Positions 1 through 14,149 of a DNA stretch of 64,000 nucleotides are shown piece after piece; position 1 is the stretch's first letter, and each line of letters opens with the position of its first letter. The stretch is from Euprymna scolopes (taxonomy: Eukaryota), in assembly GCA_053919585.1 (NCBI GenBank), contig CM132823.1; one strand, 5' to 3'. Under the pieces are notes generated by a model. That model was not told the origin of the DNA and searched no databases. It worked only from the letters and a program-made list of their open reading frames with translations. Made by a program: the position numbers and the translations under genes.

Positions 1-1530
1 GACGCTGAAATTATTTTAAAACATAACATCTTAAATTACCTTTAAAATATGTCACAGGTCGATCGAATATTTTAAAGACACTAAAAACAAACTTATTGTA
101 AGGAAGGTCAGGATCCACTTTATCGTCTGCCATGTTGTCTAAAAGCTTCCGGCGAACAGGATCATCACGGAGCGAATGTCTTGTATATACAAGAAAACAT
201 TCTAAAAATGTTAATAATATATAATTATTAAATAATTATTTCTTAAATTATAATGAATTATAATCTAAATATAAATATTTTTTTTTTACATTATTTTATT
301 TTCACTATTGTTCGACCTACTTCCGCTTAAACGGTAGACAGGTTCATCACGTAGAGAATATCTTTTTTTTTTTTTTTTTCTTTCTTTCTTTCTTTCTTTG
401 GAGATTGTAATGCCGGGTATGGGGCAGCCAAACCAGCTGCTAACATTGCCCCGCTTTTTTATTGAAACCAACCGAGAGCTCTTTATTTAAATCTATGAAT
501 AAGAAAACGTTCTAAACAATAGTGTTGGTCATATATAATTATTAAATTATATTTGCAATCATAATTAACTATGATTTAAGTATAAATATTTTTGCATTCG
601 TTTTTTTTATTCATTTTTTTCTTGTCCTTGCTACTTCCGCTTAAACTTGGTACATGTTCATCACGTAAAAAGATTTTTTTTTTCTATGTAAATCAGATAT
701 TCTAAGTAAAAATATATTATTTAAATAGTTAATTTTTTAAAATTATTTTTTAAAATAATAATTTTTTTTAAAGTACTTCGGCGTTTATCGACCCGCGATT
801 TCCACGAAGTAACTCGGGTGTGACCGGAAGATGACGTAATTAACCGGAAACGGCCAAGCCTTCTAATCTCTACTTTATTGTTAAAAAGTAGGTGTGTGAA
901 AACACACACCTACTTTGATAAATGGCCGAACACAAAACTATGAAAAATACATGAAATACAAAAAAAGGGAACATGAAACTACCGTAAGTTTAATGGATAA
1001 ATATTTATGTGTTTGTTTGTTAGAAATCTTTGTTTGTAGGCTAAATGTTTTATTTCAATGTTTTAGCAAAAAGTTTTTGAAGAAAACTTTTACGAAAGTT
1101 TTTTTTTTTTTTTGTGTAGTTTTTTTTTTTTATGAAAACCAAAAAAATTGGAAGAAAAATAAATTTAAACTTAGAATTTTTTTTCCATCAAAAATTATTT
1201 CCATTTTTCACATTTTGGGGATAATAATATATGGGGGGAAAAAAAAAAAAAAAAAAAAAAAACTTCGACAGTGGACGTGAACAATGCATGCACCCCCTCA
1301 TAATTTCTTGTAAATTTTTAACTGGTTTCCACCTTAACTTTTTCTTTTCAAAAGACGACGAGTTTAATAAAAAAACATTAAAAATATAAAAATACTACAA
1401 AATATATTGTTCATACCGGTTATATAAAGTTCTCATAAAAAAAAAATGGTACTCATCATACACTTATTGATCCGTGCTGAAATAATGTTATTTTGAAAGC
1501 CATTCTTAACATGGGGACGGGAGGATGTTA

Positions 1531-1918
1531 GGGTTTGTATTACTGTACACATAGATTTGAAAAAGTTGTCAAAAAACAAATAGATAAAATACTGTTAAAA
1601 ACTCGCTCAATATATGTTACCGTGACATAGGTTGACATATATTCGGCGGGTTGTAATAGTATTTTGTGTAGTCTTTTATTTATAACACCTTTTCCCAAAC
1701 TTACCGTGTTAAAGAGAGAATCAGACGCCATCTTGAATTTTCCAATACATCGGTAAACACTATGTTTTTCGAGCTGAATAAATATGTTACATTGAATAAA
1801 AACACGAAAAATATATCCAGTTTGGTAGAAAAGTAACTTATCTTGCCTTTGATAACATTTGTTATATGTGTGTTTTTTGACAACTTTTTTGAATCTATGT
1901 GTACAGTAATACAAACCC
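1531..1918. mobile_element. Non-autonomous TIR element (MITE), MULE/Merlin-like
   Basis: ~55-bp imperfect TIRs (gggtttgtattactgtacacatagatt... / ...aatctatgtgtacagtaatacaaaccc) flanked by an 8-bp TSD ggatgtta. A related half-copy lies at ~7110-7210. Confidence 0.8.
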
Positions 1919-2756
1919 GGATGTTATGTACCTATTCTGTACTTTCACCTGACAATTGAATAAAAACAGGTATCGTAAAACTTTAAACTTTACTACTATT
2001 AAAAAATAGTGCGGATCATCTCATCACTGATCCGCCGGATCAGTAAGTACATTAGCACCAACAAAATTCACTTAATTTGATCATAAATCTTTTTATTTTA
2101 TTTATTTTTACAGCATGAAAATCAAATTTTAATGAGATCGATCGTATCTCGGCCATCTTGCTTATTTCGCGCACGAGGAGGGGCTCCTGTTAATGCTGGT
2201 CATTGCTCTGGTGGCCATATTGGGACGTGCGTAGTTGCTTTGGATTGCGGTTATACAAAAGAGCTCGCGCATATCAAGATGGCCACCAGCATTAACATAA
2301 CATTGCTTAATATCCGGCTCCTTTAAACGAAAACTGGATTAAAAAGGGACAGAAACTCTGTAAAATAAGCAAAAAAAAATCAAACAAACAAAAAAAACTT
2401 GATCAAATTAAGTAAAATCTTTTCAGAATTTCTTTCCACTACTTGTATCTTGGAATTTTAAACGTTAGTGGTAATTTTAAAGTCCCCCCCTCCTCCGCCC
2501 TCGAAAAAAAAAAAATCGTGGTCACAAAGTGGGTGCTCATTTTACGTTAAATTATTATTGAAAAGTGATCACCCACTTTTTAAAACTAATTTCTGCATAC
2601 CTTGGAAACAACTCGTTTGCCGTCATTTTAAACGTTATTTTTGTTTTCAGCGACCCCAAAAACCTAGAAGAGTGGTAATTTTTAAAGATAGAGTATTGAG
2701 TAATTTTTTTAATTTTTTTTTTCTTAATGTCATAATTAAACAAGTATCGAATCACG

Positions 2757-3015
2757 GGTATGCTGAAAACGAATATCGCATTTAAATTTTCCTCAAATAA
2801 GTAGTTTTCCGGATATTAGGCAATGCCATTTCTTATGTTAATGCTGGTCATTGCTGGTGGCCATATTGGGACGTTTATAGTTGTTTTGGATTGCGGTTAT
2901 ACAAAAGAGCTCGCGCATATCAAGATGGCCACCAGCATTAACATAACATTGCTTAATATCCGGAAAACTACTTATTTGTGGAAAATTTAAATGTGATATT
3001 CGTTTTCAGCATACC
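2757..3015. repeat. Inverted-repeat (MITE-like) unit with an internal segment duplicated upstream
   Basis: 2757-2826 is an inverted match to 2947-3015. 2836-2963 is a direct near-copy of 2188-2317. Confidence 0.6.
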
Positions 3016-3962
3016 AGGAAACTTTTAAAAGTCTGTCGTCATAAGTGAAGGTCATTAGTTACCTGACTAGGGTATTAAGACCATATGCTAAGTTGATCCT
3101 CTTTTGCCAAAGAGTTTCAAGTAGCACTAGTAATTCACATGAAAAAAAAATGAGGGTGGGGTCCTAAAGGAAAATGGATATTAGTGCTAGGTGTATCAGA
3201 AATTTGGAATTTTTGACACCCCTAACAAAAACTGCGAATAAAATATAAACTCGTAATTTCTCTGTTAAAAGTGGGTTGTTTATTTTTTTTATGGAATATA
3301 CTTCCAAAATAAACTATTCAAGTTGTTTAAAAAAAAAAAAAAAATAGAAATATTTTTTAAAAAGTTTACAAAATGCTGGCGTGCCATTTTTCTATTTTTT
3401 TTTTTTTTTTTTTTAATAATATTGAAGCAGGGTTTAAATAACCCATTTTCACGTGTTTTTTATGAGGGGGGTAACGTTCGTTTTTCTGTTTCGCGTTTTC
3501 TTTATTGTTCGTTTGCCTTACATTAGTTTTTTTTTTTTTTTTTTTTTTTACTTCGCTTATTCGTGTCTTCATTAACACCCCCCTCCACCCCCGCCCGAGC
3601 ACACCCCCAAAAACACCCGGGCAAAGCCAGGTACCCCCCCCCGCTTGCCTTACGTGGTGTGAGATGGCTCCCCCCCCCCCGATGTTTAAAGGTTTAATAT
3701 TGAAACAGTTATTTAAGCCAATTTTTCACGTTCTATGTTTTTGTTTTTTTTTTCAGATTTTTTAAAGAAGTTTTAACGTTCGTTTTTCCGTTGTTTTTTT
3801 TGTTTTTTTTTCCCAGATTTTTACATTTAACATCGTTCGTTTGCCTTACGTTGTTTTAACATTTTTTTTTTTTATAAAATATTTAATATTTAAAAATATT
3901 TACTTTGCTTATTATGTTTTGATAAACACCTCCCACCCACGCCCGTGCACACACCTCGAAAC

Positions 3963-3997
3963 ACCCGGGCAACGCCGGGTACCCTTCCCTTCGCTAG
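3963..3997 (+). mobile_element. Helitron-like 3' terminus of a non-autonomous element (internal direct repeats ~3460-3990)
   Basis: GC hairpin acccgggcaacgccgggt followed ~12 nt later by CTAG|T. A similar degenerate motif lies at ~3614-3645. Confidence 0.6.
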
Positions 3998-4114
3998 TTA
4001 AGAAAATGACAGATTCATAATTTTTTAAACTGGGTGAGCGCAATTTGAAAACAAAAATATTTATTGTATAAAAATTTATCAAAATATAATTGTAAAAACA
4101 TTTATTGAAAAGTT

Positions 4115-4983
4115 GGTTATGGTTAACTTTCGCCACCCGTTGTTTACAAAGCCATTTGCCGGAAGTGACGTTTTATCTACGGATGATCAAAACCGTATAG
4201 AATGAATCTTTTTTTTTTTTTATGTTTTATTCAAACAGGCTTTATGGACTTTTTTTTGTATTTATTAACTGTTTTATTCTTTTTATCAAAAAAAAAAATA
4301 GAATTTTTATATTGACATATTATCGACTGTTTTTCAAACATCGAAATTTTAAAATTAGTTTTATTTAAAAAAAAAAAGACTGTTTTTTTTTTTTTTTAAA
4401 TTAAATTCTAAACTTTATTTGAATTTTTCAACAAATTTTTACAGACATAAAAAATAGACTTTATAGATATTTTATAATTTATTTTAAATATATTTAATGA
4501 AAAGTCTTTGTTTATTTTAAATCTTTAACAAATTTTTTCATTCATATAAAAAAATAGACTTTATAGATTCGATAACTCTAGAAGGGTCATAAAACTTTAA
4601 TTTTAAAATTTCGATGTTTGAAAAACAGTCCATTATGTCTGTAAAAGTTTGAAAAATTCAAATAAAGTTTAGAATTCAATTAAAAAAAAAACACCGTCTT
4701 TCTTTTTTTTTTTTTTTTTAAATAAAACTAATTTTAAAATTTCGATGTTCGAAAAACAGTCCATAATATGTCAATATAAAAATTCTATTTTTGTTTGATA
4801 AAAAGAATAAAACAGTTAATAAATACAAAAAAAAAGTCCATTAAGTTCAAATAAAGCCTGTTTGAATAAAACTAATATAAAAAAAAAAAGGTTAATTCTA
4901 TACGGTTTTGATTATCCGTAGATAAAACGTCACTTCCGGCAAATGGCTTTGTAAACAACGGGTGGCGAAAGTTAACCATAACC
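4115..4983. mobile_element. Foldback MITE (near whole-length palindrome), Merlin/MULE-like
   Basis: Arms begin ggttatggttaactttcgccacccgttgtttacaaagccatttgccggaagtgacg and match in inverted orientation for several hundred bp. 8-bp TSD gaaaagtt on both sides. Confidence 0.85.
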
Positions 4984-6090
4984 GAAAAGTTTGCGTAAGA
5001 AAATATAATTTTAATATTACAATTTTGTAATAAAGAGTTCTACTTCTTCATATCTTGGAGACTACTAATTTGTCGTAATTTTAAAGGAATTTTCGAGGGT
5101 GGAGTAATTCTTCATATTTACCGTATTTTTTACCCCCTTATAAATTCCACAAATAATTTTTAATTAAACAGTTCAAATAATTAGAATTTAAAAAAAAAAA
5201 AAAATTCTGTCATGCGTCCTCGGTTGTATTTGGTTAACCCGCTACTTTATAATTTACTAAAATCGATAGAACACTAATTAAAATATCGTATTTAAGCGTA
5301 CTTTATGATGGAGTTACACCGGTCGTCGTCCCCGCTAACAGATAAATACTTTTGCACTTTGAACAAAAAAAGTTGCAATTTCAGAGCATCTTCATTTACG
5401 CTGACTATCTACAGGATGCCAACATCAATAAATCCCTTGTGGAATTTCCACAGGTACCGCTAGTGTAGAATGTATAACTATACAGAGAGGTACAAAAAAA
5501 AAAAAAGATCTCCAATAAATGTTATCAACGGCAAGAGAAGTTACTTTTCTACCTAACTGCAGTGTTTTTATTTAATGTAAACTAGGCACCGCCAAAAATG
5601 GCCGCAAAATCAAGTTGTTGTTTTTTAAAACGAAATTACATTTATTAAAATCCATTATTTCTGAGTAACTTTTTTTTTTTTCCAGAAAGATAAAACCCTG
5701 AATTTTATCATATAGAAAACAGAATAATATAAAACTTTTTCTATTTTTAATTAAATTTTAAATGTTAAATTTTCCCAAAAAGTTAACAATTGACATTTTT
5801 TGTCTTGCACAAAAAACGTACATAAATATTTAAAAAAAAAGGTTTTTGAAATTTATTTATTTATTGTCTAACTAAGATTTAGGATGATTTTCTAAGAGAA
5901 TATGCAAAAATATTATAATATAAGTACCTGGATTTCAAATAATTCCACTTATTCATATAGGTAACCAGTTATTTCGCGTCGATCTAGAGTCTAGATCGAC
6001 ACTGTTTACGTTTGCTAAGAAGCAAACTATGGAAGACCAAACAGGCCAAAAAAACTTATTTTTCAATGACGAAAATTTTAATGTATTATT

Positions 6091-6130
6091 AAGCTGAGGC
6101 TGGCCAGTACCAGATGGGTGACCATTTGTA
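6091..6130 (+). repeat. Short 5S rRNA/SINE3-head fragment
   Basis: ggctggccagtaccagatgggtgacc matches the 5S-like head of the SINE at 9727-9971. Confidence 0.45.
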
Positions 6131-6725
6131 TGAGTTTGGTTTTTAATATGTATGTGTGTGGGGGCCAGGCTCCCCAAAATGGGGGGGGGGTAATTTAAAG
6201 CGGAATAAAAAAAATTATTTCAGCGCGTTTGGTCCACCGTAGTCGAAAGGCGGCAAACGTTTTCCAACGGGATCGAAAAAAATGATGCTATTTTTAACAC
6301 AAAGGGCATAATATTTATCGATTTTTTTTTTTTTTTTTTGTATCGATTCTTCAAAGCATGCCCTGTTTAATAATGGTCATGCATTATTCGGCTCGCTAAA
6401 AAAAAATTAATTTATTTATCAAAGATTTTAAAATGGCTTCTTTCGTATAAATATTAAAAATTTTCTTTGTTTTTCTTAACTTAAATTAATTATTTTACTT
6501 AACATATTCACCGAATTTCACACTTCAAAACTCAAAAGCGGGATAATTAAACACAATCGAAGTTCTGATATTCAGACGTTAAAATAAGGTATGCAAACAA
6601 TTTTTTTTTTTTTTTAATCTATAATTCTGTCCCTTACAACAACACAATATGTTGTGTTCAGTTTCAGATGATTATTTTAAGCATATTTGTTCCCACTTCA
6701 AAACGGGGGGGGGGTTGTAAGCAAA

Positions 6726-6779
<54 letters not shown>

Positions 6780-7357
6780 TTTATGAAAAATAAGTACACT
6801 GTTATAAAGTTCATTCTTCTCTTAATTGCTGAAAATTTCGTATTGATCGGATAATTACCTGATTTTTGGTAGATTTTTAAAAAGACGGTCCGTCAAAAAG
6901 TACTGACCTGGCCCCCCCAGTTTTAGCGGTGCCTAATGTAAACTGTTACTGTAACATTTAAGTGGGTTTCTACCATTTTGTTTTATTTCTTATTTTAAAG
7001 TGATTATCGAGTCTTCAAAGACATCGTGGCCATCTTTACTTGTTCTCCGGCAGCGTCTTTCTAATCTAACAAACAGTTTACATTAAATAAAAACAATAAA
7101 AACTTGTCCAGTTAGGTAGAAAAGTAACTTATCTTGCCTTTGGTAACATTTATTTTATTTATTTTTTTGGACAATTTTTTTCGTACCTCTGTGTATAGTA
7201 ATACAAACCCATGAATCAATGAAAAGAAAAAAACAAAAAATAAAGTTAAACAACTTTTAAAGTTTTTCGAATTAAGACAACAAAACATCGAACCGGAAAT
7301 GAAAATATGGAACAAAATATTCATATTTTTTCCATTTTTCTTATCGAAATGGGTTAA

Positions 7358-7985
7358 CATGTACGGATAGGATCCCGACGTCCCGCCTCGTTCTGAGTTC
7401 GGGGAAAAGCCGTCTGACGTAAGCGGTGTTGAGGCAGAAAATTACCCTAACCCCTTCAGCATGGATTTGACAAGCATGAGCAAATTTTGGAGTTGTTACA
7501 ATGAGGCGAAAATTTTCTTACGAGAAAATAACATTTTACGATGTAAGACAAATGACAGAAGTAAAAAGGAACAAAAATTATTGTTGGACAAATAAAGAAA
7601 TTATTAGCAACCCCCATCAAAAGTAAGGGGGCCCCGGAATAATTGTGAAGATAGATTAGTCCGTGTTGTAACGAAAAGAAAATACAACCGAGGGCGCATC
7701 ATGACGGCAGTTTTTATTTTTTAAATTCTAATTATTTGAACTGTTGAATTAAAAAAAAAATAATCTGTATATCAAAAATTCTAAATATTTGTGGAATTTA
7801 TAAGGGGGTAAAAAATACTAATTATTTGAACTGTTTTTTTTTTTTTTTTTTAAACTTGAGTTAACAAATCGGCACTTTATCTTCAATATCTGAAGAGGTA
7901 ATTTTTTGCGTCGACACTGCTCACGTCAGACGATTTTTCCCCGAACTCAGAACGAGGCGGGACTTTGGGACCCTATCCGTACAGG
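7358..7985. mobile_element. piggyBac-like MITE
   Basis: ~90-bp TIRs (c[a/c]tgtacggatagg...cccgcctcgttctgagttcggggaaaa) with TTAA on both flanks. Confidence 0.75.
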
Positions 7986-8250
7986 TTAACATAAAAATAA
8001 TTTTATTTATTTACTTTTTTTTTTTTTCGTTTATTTTTATTTTTTAATTTTCGTTTTGTTTTTGTTTCTTTTTATTTGTTTTTGTTTCTTTTTATTTCTT
8101 TTTGTTTCTTATTTCTTTTTGTTTCTTATTTCTTTTTGTTTCTTATTTCTTTTTGTTTCTTTTTATTTCTTTTTGTTTCTTTTTGTTTCTTTTTATTTGT
8201 TTTTATTTGTTTTTGTTTTTTTTTAGGTAAAGATGCACTTAGATGCAGTA

Positions 8251-8462
8251 NNNNNNNNNNNNNNNNNNNNNNNNNNNNNNNNNNNNNNNNNNNNNNNNNN
8301 NNNNNNNNNNNNNNNNNNNNNNNNNNNNNNNNNNNNNNNNNNNNNNNNNNNNNNNNNNNNNNNNNNNNNNNNNNNNNNNNNNNNNNNNNNNNNNNNNNNN
8401 NNNNNNNNNNNNNNNNNNNNNNNNNNNNNNNNNNNNNNNNNNNNNNNNNNNNNNNNNNNNNN
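8251..8462. other. Assembly gap (further gaps at 9309-9464 and 17999-18131)
   Basis: Runs of N. Confidence 1.
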
Positions 8463-9726
8463 AGTATCTTTCTACCCTCAAAATCCTTAAAAATTACTAC
8501 TCTTAGAGGTTGTCGGGGGCGCTGAAAACGAAAATAACTTCTAAAATTCCAGAAAAATAGTTTAGTTTCAAAAAGTGCATTAAAAAAAGTGGTTATTTTA
8601 AAGTTACCATTTATTTAATTCGATGTGTGAAGTTTGAAATTTATATATTGTAACGCAATTATTCAAAGATCGATGATTTAAAAATATGAACAAATCACTT
8701 TAACTTTTTTTTTTTTTTTTTTTCAAATATTTTGTAGCACTTATTTTTAATTATTTTATTCTAAGACGTGTGAGGTTTAAGATTTACATATTGCAACGCA
8801 ATTATTATCAAAAGTTTTTTGTTGTTAGTGGTGAAAAATAAAGATACTGACAGAAATACATAAAAATTTTTTAAAGAAAAAAAAGAATCCAGCAAACCAA
8901 AAAATTCAAATATTTAACAATTATCCAAAAAATAAGCAGTGATTTTAAAATGAAAAATTGTTTCATTTTCTTAGAAAAAAGATCCCATGTTTTCATTCAC
9001 GAAAACAACTAAGACTAACTATTTTACATCTGGAAGCCAACATTACCAACTTCTATTTTTGTATTTGCTTTAAAAGAAAAATACATATCGTGTTGGTCAT
9101 CCGTACCTTAAAATTTGTCTGACATCACTTCCGGCAAATGGCTTTGCAAACAAGGAAGTGCCAATCTTAAGAAAAACAAGATTAAAAAAAAAAAAACAAA
9201 ACGGAAAAAAATTCAATATTTAAATATTTATAGAGGGTGCTCAGTTTCTAATGCAACATTCTAGTAAATCGATCACTCATTTTAGAACCATTCAACGCTT
9301 TTTAAGTCNNNNNNNNNNNNNNNNNNNNNNNNNNNNNNNNNNNNNNNNNNNNNNNNNNNNNNNNNNNNNNNNNNNNNNNNNNNNNNNNNNNNNNNNNNNN
9401 NNNNNNNNNNNNNNNNNNNNNNNNNNNNNNNNNNNNNNNNNNNNNNNNNNNNNNNNNNNNNNNNNGCCTTTTTCCGATTTTATACATATTTATATATTTT
9501 ATATATTTGTTTATCTTCAAAGTTTTGTCACCCAACATTGTTAATTTTTAAATTAACAGAAAAACTCTTTCGTAAACTTATGTGTGTGCACAATTTCAAA
9601 TACAAAATTGATCTCCCATATGGGAACCACTCGACAAGAACACGCACATCCTTTTTATATAAAGACCTGAATACCCTTATAAATCAATTTTTAAAAGGTA
9701 AGTCTTTAGTTGGTACTTTAACGCAT

Positions 9727-9971
9727 CCATCCATCAATAGCCCTTGAGCCCCTGGAGGGGCATAGGCCATCTACAACTTTTTGTACATGTTTTTGTAGCA
9801 AAGAGTTCTTTTTACAGTGTGAGGGTGCTGGCCCCATGCCCAACCTTCCCAAAAGATACATACAGCGCCTAGCCTTCACAAATGGTTACCCATCTGGTAC
9901 TGGCCAGACTCAACATTGCTTAACTTTGGTGATCTGGCAAGAACCTGTGTCAACGTGATTGTGCCGTACAC
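9727..9971 (-). mobile_element. 5S rRNA-derived SINE (SINE3) with RTE-like body/tail
   Basis: Minus strand reads TACGGCAC...GATCACCAAAGTTAAGCA...CTGGCCAGTACCAGATGGGTAACC (5S-like), then GGTTGGGCATGGGGCCAGCACCC...TGTAAAAA and a GATGGCCTATGCCCC...(ATGG)n tail. 13-bp TSD tacttta[a/g]cgcat. Confidence 0.75.
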
Positions 9972-10835
9972 TACTTTAGCGCATATTCACCTTTAATTAT
10001 TGCCTTCATATTGTTAAATGAAAAAATCCTTTATCTTAAAATGCAAACACAGATTTACGTTGCAATATTGAAATGCACAAATGCCAAAATTAAATACCCC
10101 CCCCCCCCCAATATTTCAAAACTAACACTGAATGTAACAAATGTTTACAAAACTTTTTTGAAAAGTGTTTAAAAAAAAAAAAATAAATAAATAACTTAAA
10201 GGAACATGAAAACCGCAATTTTCAAAATGAGGCTTGGTTCTTATAAAGAAGAAGGTCGGTTGCCATTTTGTTGGCTAACAACTCATAAAAAGGTAATGTT
10301 TGCAATAGAATAAAGAGAATTTAAAGCTATGACGTTTCTAAATGTTTTTTTTTTTTTTTTTTCATGAGGATTTATTCGTATTATTTGGATTCATCGGACT
10401 ACTGTTCTCATTTTGAGCGTCATTTTCACGTTTTGGTTGATGCAACCTCGGACCTTAAGGTGTATTTTGTCGAACTTGGGAATGTTTCTGTCAAACTCAA
10501 TCTGTTGCACAGTGGTTAAACTAATGGAAAAAGTCATTTGTAAAAGCGATCTTCTGAAGATTGAAAGTTCACTTCTCGGTGTGGGCGAGCGAAAAATACA
10601 AAAAAAAGATATGGCTGACATTAGATGGTCACTTAGGCACCTTTTGATAATCGCTCAAAACTTGAAAATGGAATAGAAACCCATCCAATAAATGTTACTG
10701 TGACATTTAGTTGAGTTTCTATCAGTACCGTTTCATTTTCGGTTTTTGAGCTATTGTCGAGGGTCCACATGCCTCTAATGAGACTGCCATTTTTTTTACC
10801 ATTTTAACTCTTCAAACTTCCCCCCCCCCCAGGTA

Positions 10836-10867
<32 letters not shown>

Positions 10868-11615
10868 CACCACTTGAAAATAAGTTAAAACGCAAAACTT
10901 GTTCCAGTAAGTAGAAGAGTAACTTATCTTGCTTTTGGTAACATTTACTAAAAAAAAAAAAGTAAATATTTTCCATTTTAATAGTTATATTATTCTTTAG
11001 TAGACATTTTAATTTTTAAATAAGAAGAAAAAGAAATGAGAGTTGTTTCTGTTACCAGATCGATTATTATTAATATATGAAAAGTTTTAAGAAAAAAGCC
11101 TATCACCAATGAACACCTCTATTGGAGACACTTTGTCAATCTGCTAGACCACGACCAACAGTTCTTCCGAATAATGGCAAACACACCCACACAGGAACAA
11201 GGTTGTAGCTGTCATCAAAAGTTTAAAGAAAAATAAGCTGCAGGTAAAGTTTGGCGGGGGGGGGGGCATAGATTGGAGCTCAGATGAGCACTTGCCATGG
11301 AAATAAAATAACGATAAAGCAGTCATTAAAAACAAGTATTAAATCTCATCCAACCTTTTTCTTTATTGTTAAGCACTGTGAAAGAACACTTCAAAGAAGA
11401 AAACAGTTTCAGTATGTTTAAAGTATACAGGTTAATAAATAATTAAATTCTTTGGTATAATCGGACATGTTGAGGCTAGAAAACTTGACACGTACATGTT
11501 TAAAAATTATTATTTTTAATGTTTTCCAATTTTATGTGAAAGCATTTTATTTGTCGAAAGAAAATTTGAGATTTGTTTGTAATTTTTTTTTTTTCTTTCA
11601 TTCTCCTCTTTTCAG

Positions 11616-11767
11616 AGATCAATAAGGAGGAAGTTATAAAATGGCCGCCCCATCATGTGTGTTGGTATTGTGGGTTACATCGACATCCAGCGTGAAATCC
11701 AGGCTTTCAAGACAATCTGGCCTGAACATCTTGGAGAGGAGTTTGAGCATCGATTTTACAAGAACTG
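11616..11767 (+). other. Candidate spliced exon of a probably non-coding + strand transcript
   Basis: Long polypyrimidine tract plus ttttcag acceptor, and a CTG|gtgagt donor. Other candidate sites: donor ~11243 and exon 14966-15003. The ATG frame (MAAPS...) stops soon after splicing. Confidence 0.4.
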
Positions 11768-12819
11768 GTGAGTATTTCTTACCTCTTCTTGTTTTTAAGG
11801 TTCCTTCTTGGTGTGAACGTTTGTTGTGGTTGTATATTCTCCTTACCAACAACTGACATATTCTTTAAATTTGTCCCCCCACCCCCCAAAATTTAAATGT
11901 TTGTTTTACAATAGTCTAATCGAACTTAATAGCTGTCAGTTTGATATTCTTTTTGGTACTCTAAGAAAATCGTAAACCGAAATTGCTGGCTTCCAAATTG
12001 GTAACTAACATGTTTTTTGGTGTTTCTCCAGAATTATACCTAATTTAATTTTTTAAAAAAATCTTTAATACAGAAAATCTTTGATATACATACTCGTGAC
12101 CAAACAAAAATATCATGTTCCAAAAGTCACAAATTAATCAAGTAGTTATGTCTGTCTGTCTCCATATTTTCAAACTAGCTCTTCCAAAACTAAGTCGCAG
12201 AGCGATGCTTGGGGCCTCAAATGATTGGATTTTTTATGGACCATTCTTCTAATAGTTTTTAAGGGGTCAAAATTGAAAAATTGTTTTACAGATAGAGGAT
12301 AGGGATAGCATTCCATTGTAAATTTTTTGATTCAAACTATGGCTGTTTTTGAACAGTTTCCATGAAAACTTGTCTAATTGAATAGTTTTTCGGAAAGGTG
12401 CATTCTTATATTGGTGTTCCTGTCAAGATGTCAGTGTGAAAACGTATAAAAAGCCTGTGGCTACCCTTAACTCTAAATCTTGGTCGTAATATAAATTTAT
12501 AAAAAATCTCTTTTGGTCATCTATTTGGTTCTACGATTTTGCTAGAGTATCTAGGGACCTATGTCCCCAGTGTTGCCCAGGGAAATTGATGAATTTAAGA
12601 AACTCTTATTCCCACGACACACACCAAGTTTCTTTAAAGGATGTCTGTGTTTGGCTTTCACTTTGTGTCTTAAGTAAATAATGCGAAAGTTTGTGTAATT
12701 TGTGTATCAGGTTTGCAAAAGTTAATTTCGTTAATAAATTTTATTTAACTAATTATTTTCTAATTGATTGTTTTGATTTTAATATAACAGATTTTGTTTT
12801 GCAAAATTGTTTTACGTCC

Positions 12820-13195
12820 TCGCTGAATGTTCAGTTCTTCTGCTCTATCATCCTGTCATCTGCGTCGTCTTTCAGGGCGCTTCACCACTGAATCTACATG
12901 GCTTCTCCAGTTCTCTCGATCTTGCATGACAGTTTGTAGGTCCCGAACACTTTCTAATCCTGTGTCCTGTAGCATTTTTGGTGTCCATCTGTTAGTTTCC
13001 AGAGAACTAGCTTGCTGGCTTCCTCTTCACTGTGTCTCATGCAGTGACCGGCTACTCTCATCCTTCTCTGCTGTACTTTCAGAGATACTGGCGGTAGGTC
13101 ACGATAAAGCTGTTGGTTTGTTGCATGGCTCCTCCATGATGTATTGATGGCCATCCTGAGCATCCGTGTGTAACGGCCATCCAGTCTCTTCTGTT
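12820..13195 (-). mobile_element. RTE-clade LINE 3' fragment, degenerate
   Basis: Translation LYRDLPPVSLKVQQRRMRVAGHCMRHSEEEASKLVLWK resembles the post-RT C-terminus of RTE-type ORF2. Confidence 0.65.
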
Positions 13196-14149
13196 TGAAT
13201 TTTCCTTAAAAAGGATCAACTTAATTTTCAATATGTTGCGATCCATTTCTAAATTGCTTAGTGTAAAAGATACATCTTTATTTTTATTTTTCCCATTTCT
13301 TTATGGTTACAGATAGGCTAGGGATTTTTATTCTGGGCCCCCAAAATCAAGAGGTTAGACTATTCTTGTAATGATCCGGTCCCTCTGTGTTCTGTGGTGG
13401 GAGTTTCATTCTGTCCAGTTCTAGGAAATCCACTCTCTTGGGCTTTGCCTTCTCTTTCAGGAGGTTAGTTTATTGTTAATCGCCTGAGACACCCTCACCG
13501 GGGAATGCCGACAGAATTGCCTACCCACTTTTTGCAGGCCAGAGTGCCCCTCCTCGGAGGTGCTGACTTCTCAATCCCACTTTCCAACCCTGCTGTCTAA
13601 GTTATTGTAGTACGAGAGAACAAAATAACGTTCATGGTTAAAAGAAATTGGTATCAGAATTAGCAAAGAATTAATGTTTATCTTTTTACGAATAGACAAG
13701 TCTTTTTGTGTGTGTGTCACAACAAAGTTATGAGCGAGATATATCAAATATTTAAAGTAGCGAACGCCTTATAAATTTGAAGATTTAAGGCAATAAACTC
13801 CTTGGCAACGCTGGGTAGATATGGTCCGTTTACAAACTTTGATTTATTCAAGTAATCCGTTTGAATTTTTTAGATAAGGATTGATTATTTGGATTCTTTA
13901 AACTAATGTTCATCTTGAGTGTTATTTTCACAACATTTCCACCGATGTAATCTCCAATCTTCTTGTCAAACTCTAGAATCTTATCTGTTGCACCATCGGT
14001 CTGTGTGGATTAAATAAAATGTTTAGTTTATAATTCTGCATAGGTTCCCATGCTCAACATAATTATATGCCTGAAAAGGGCGAAAGGTTACATCAGACGA
14101 AACATTGTGAAATAATATCCAAGATGAGAATATTGAACTTGAGAATTTG

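Noticed and set aside
9860-9971. Functional 5S rRNA gene
   Set aside because: Diverged, fused to a retroposon tail and flanked by a TSD.
1-11000. Short ORFs in the first 11 kb
   Set aside because: Low-complexity K/F-rich or N-spanning frames within MITEs, with no recognisable domains.
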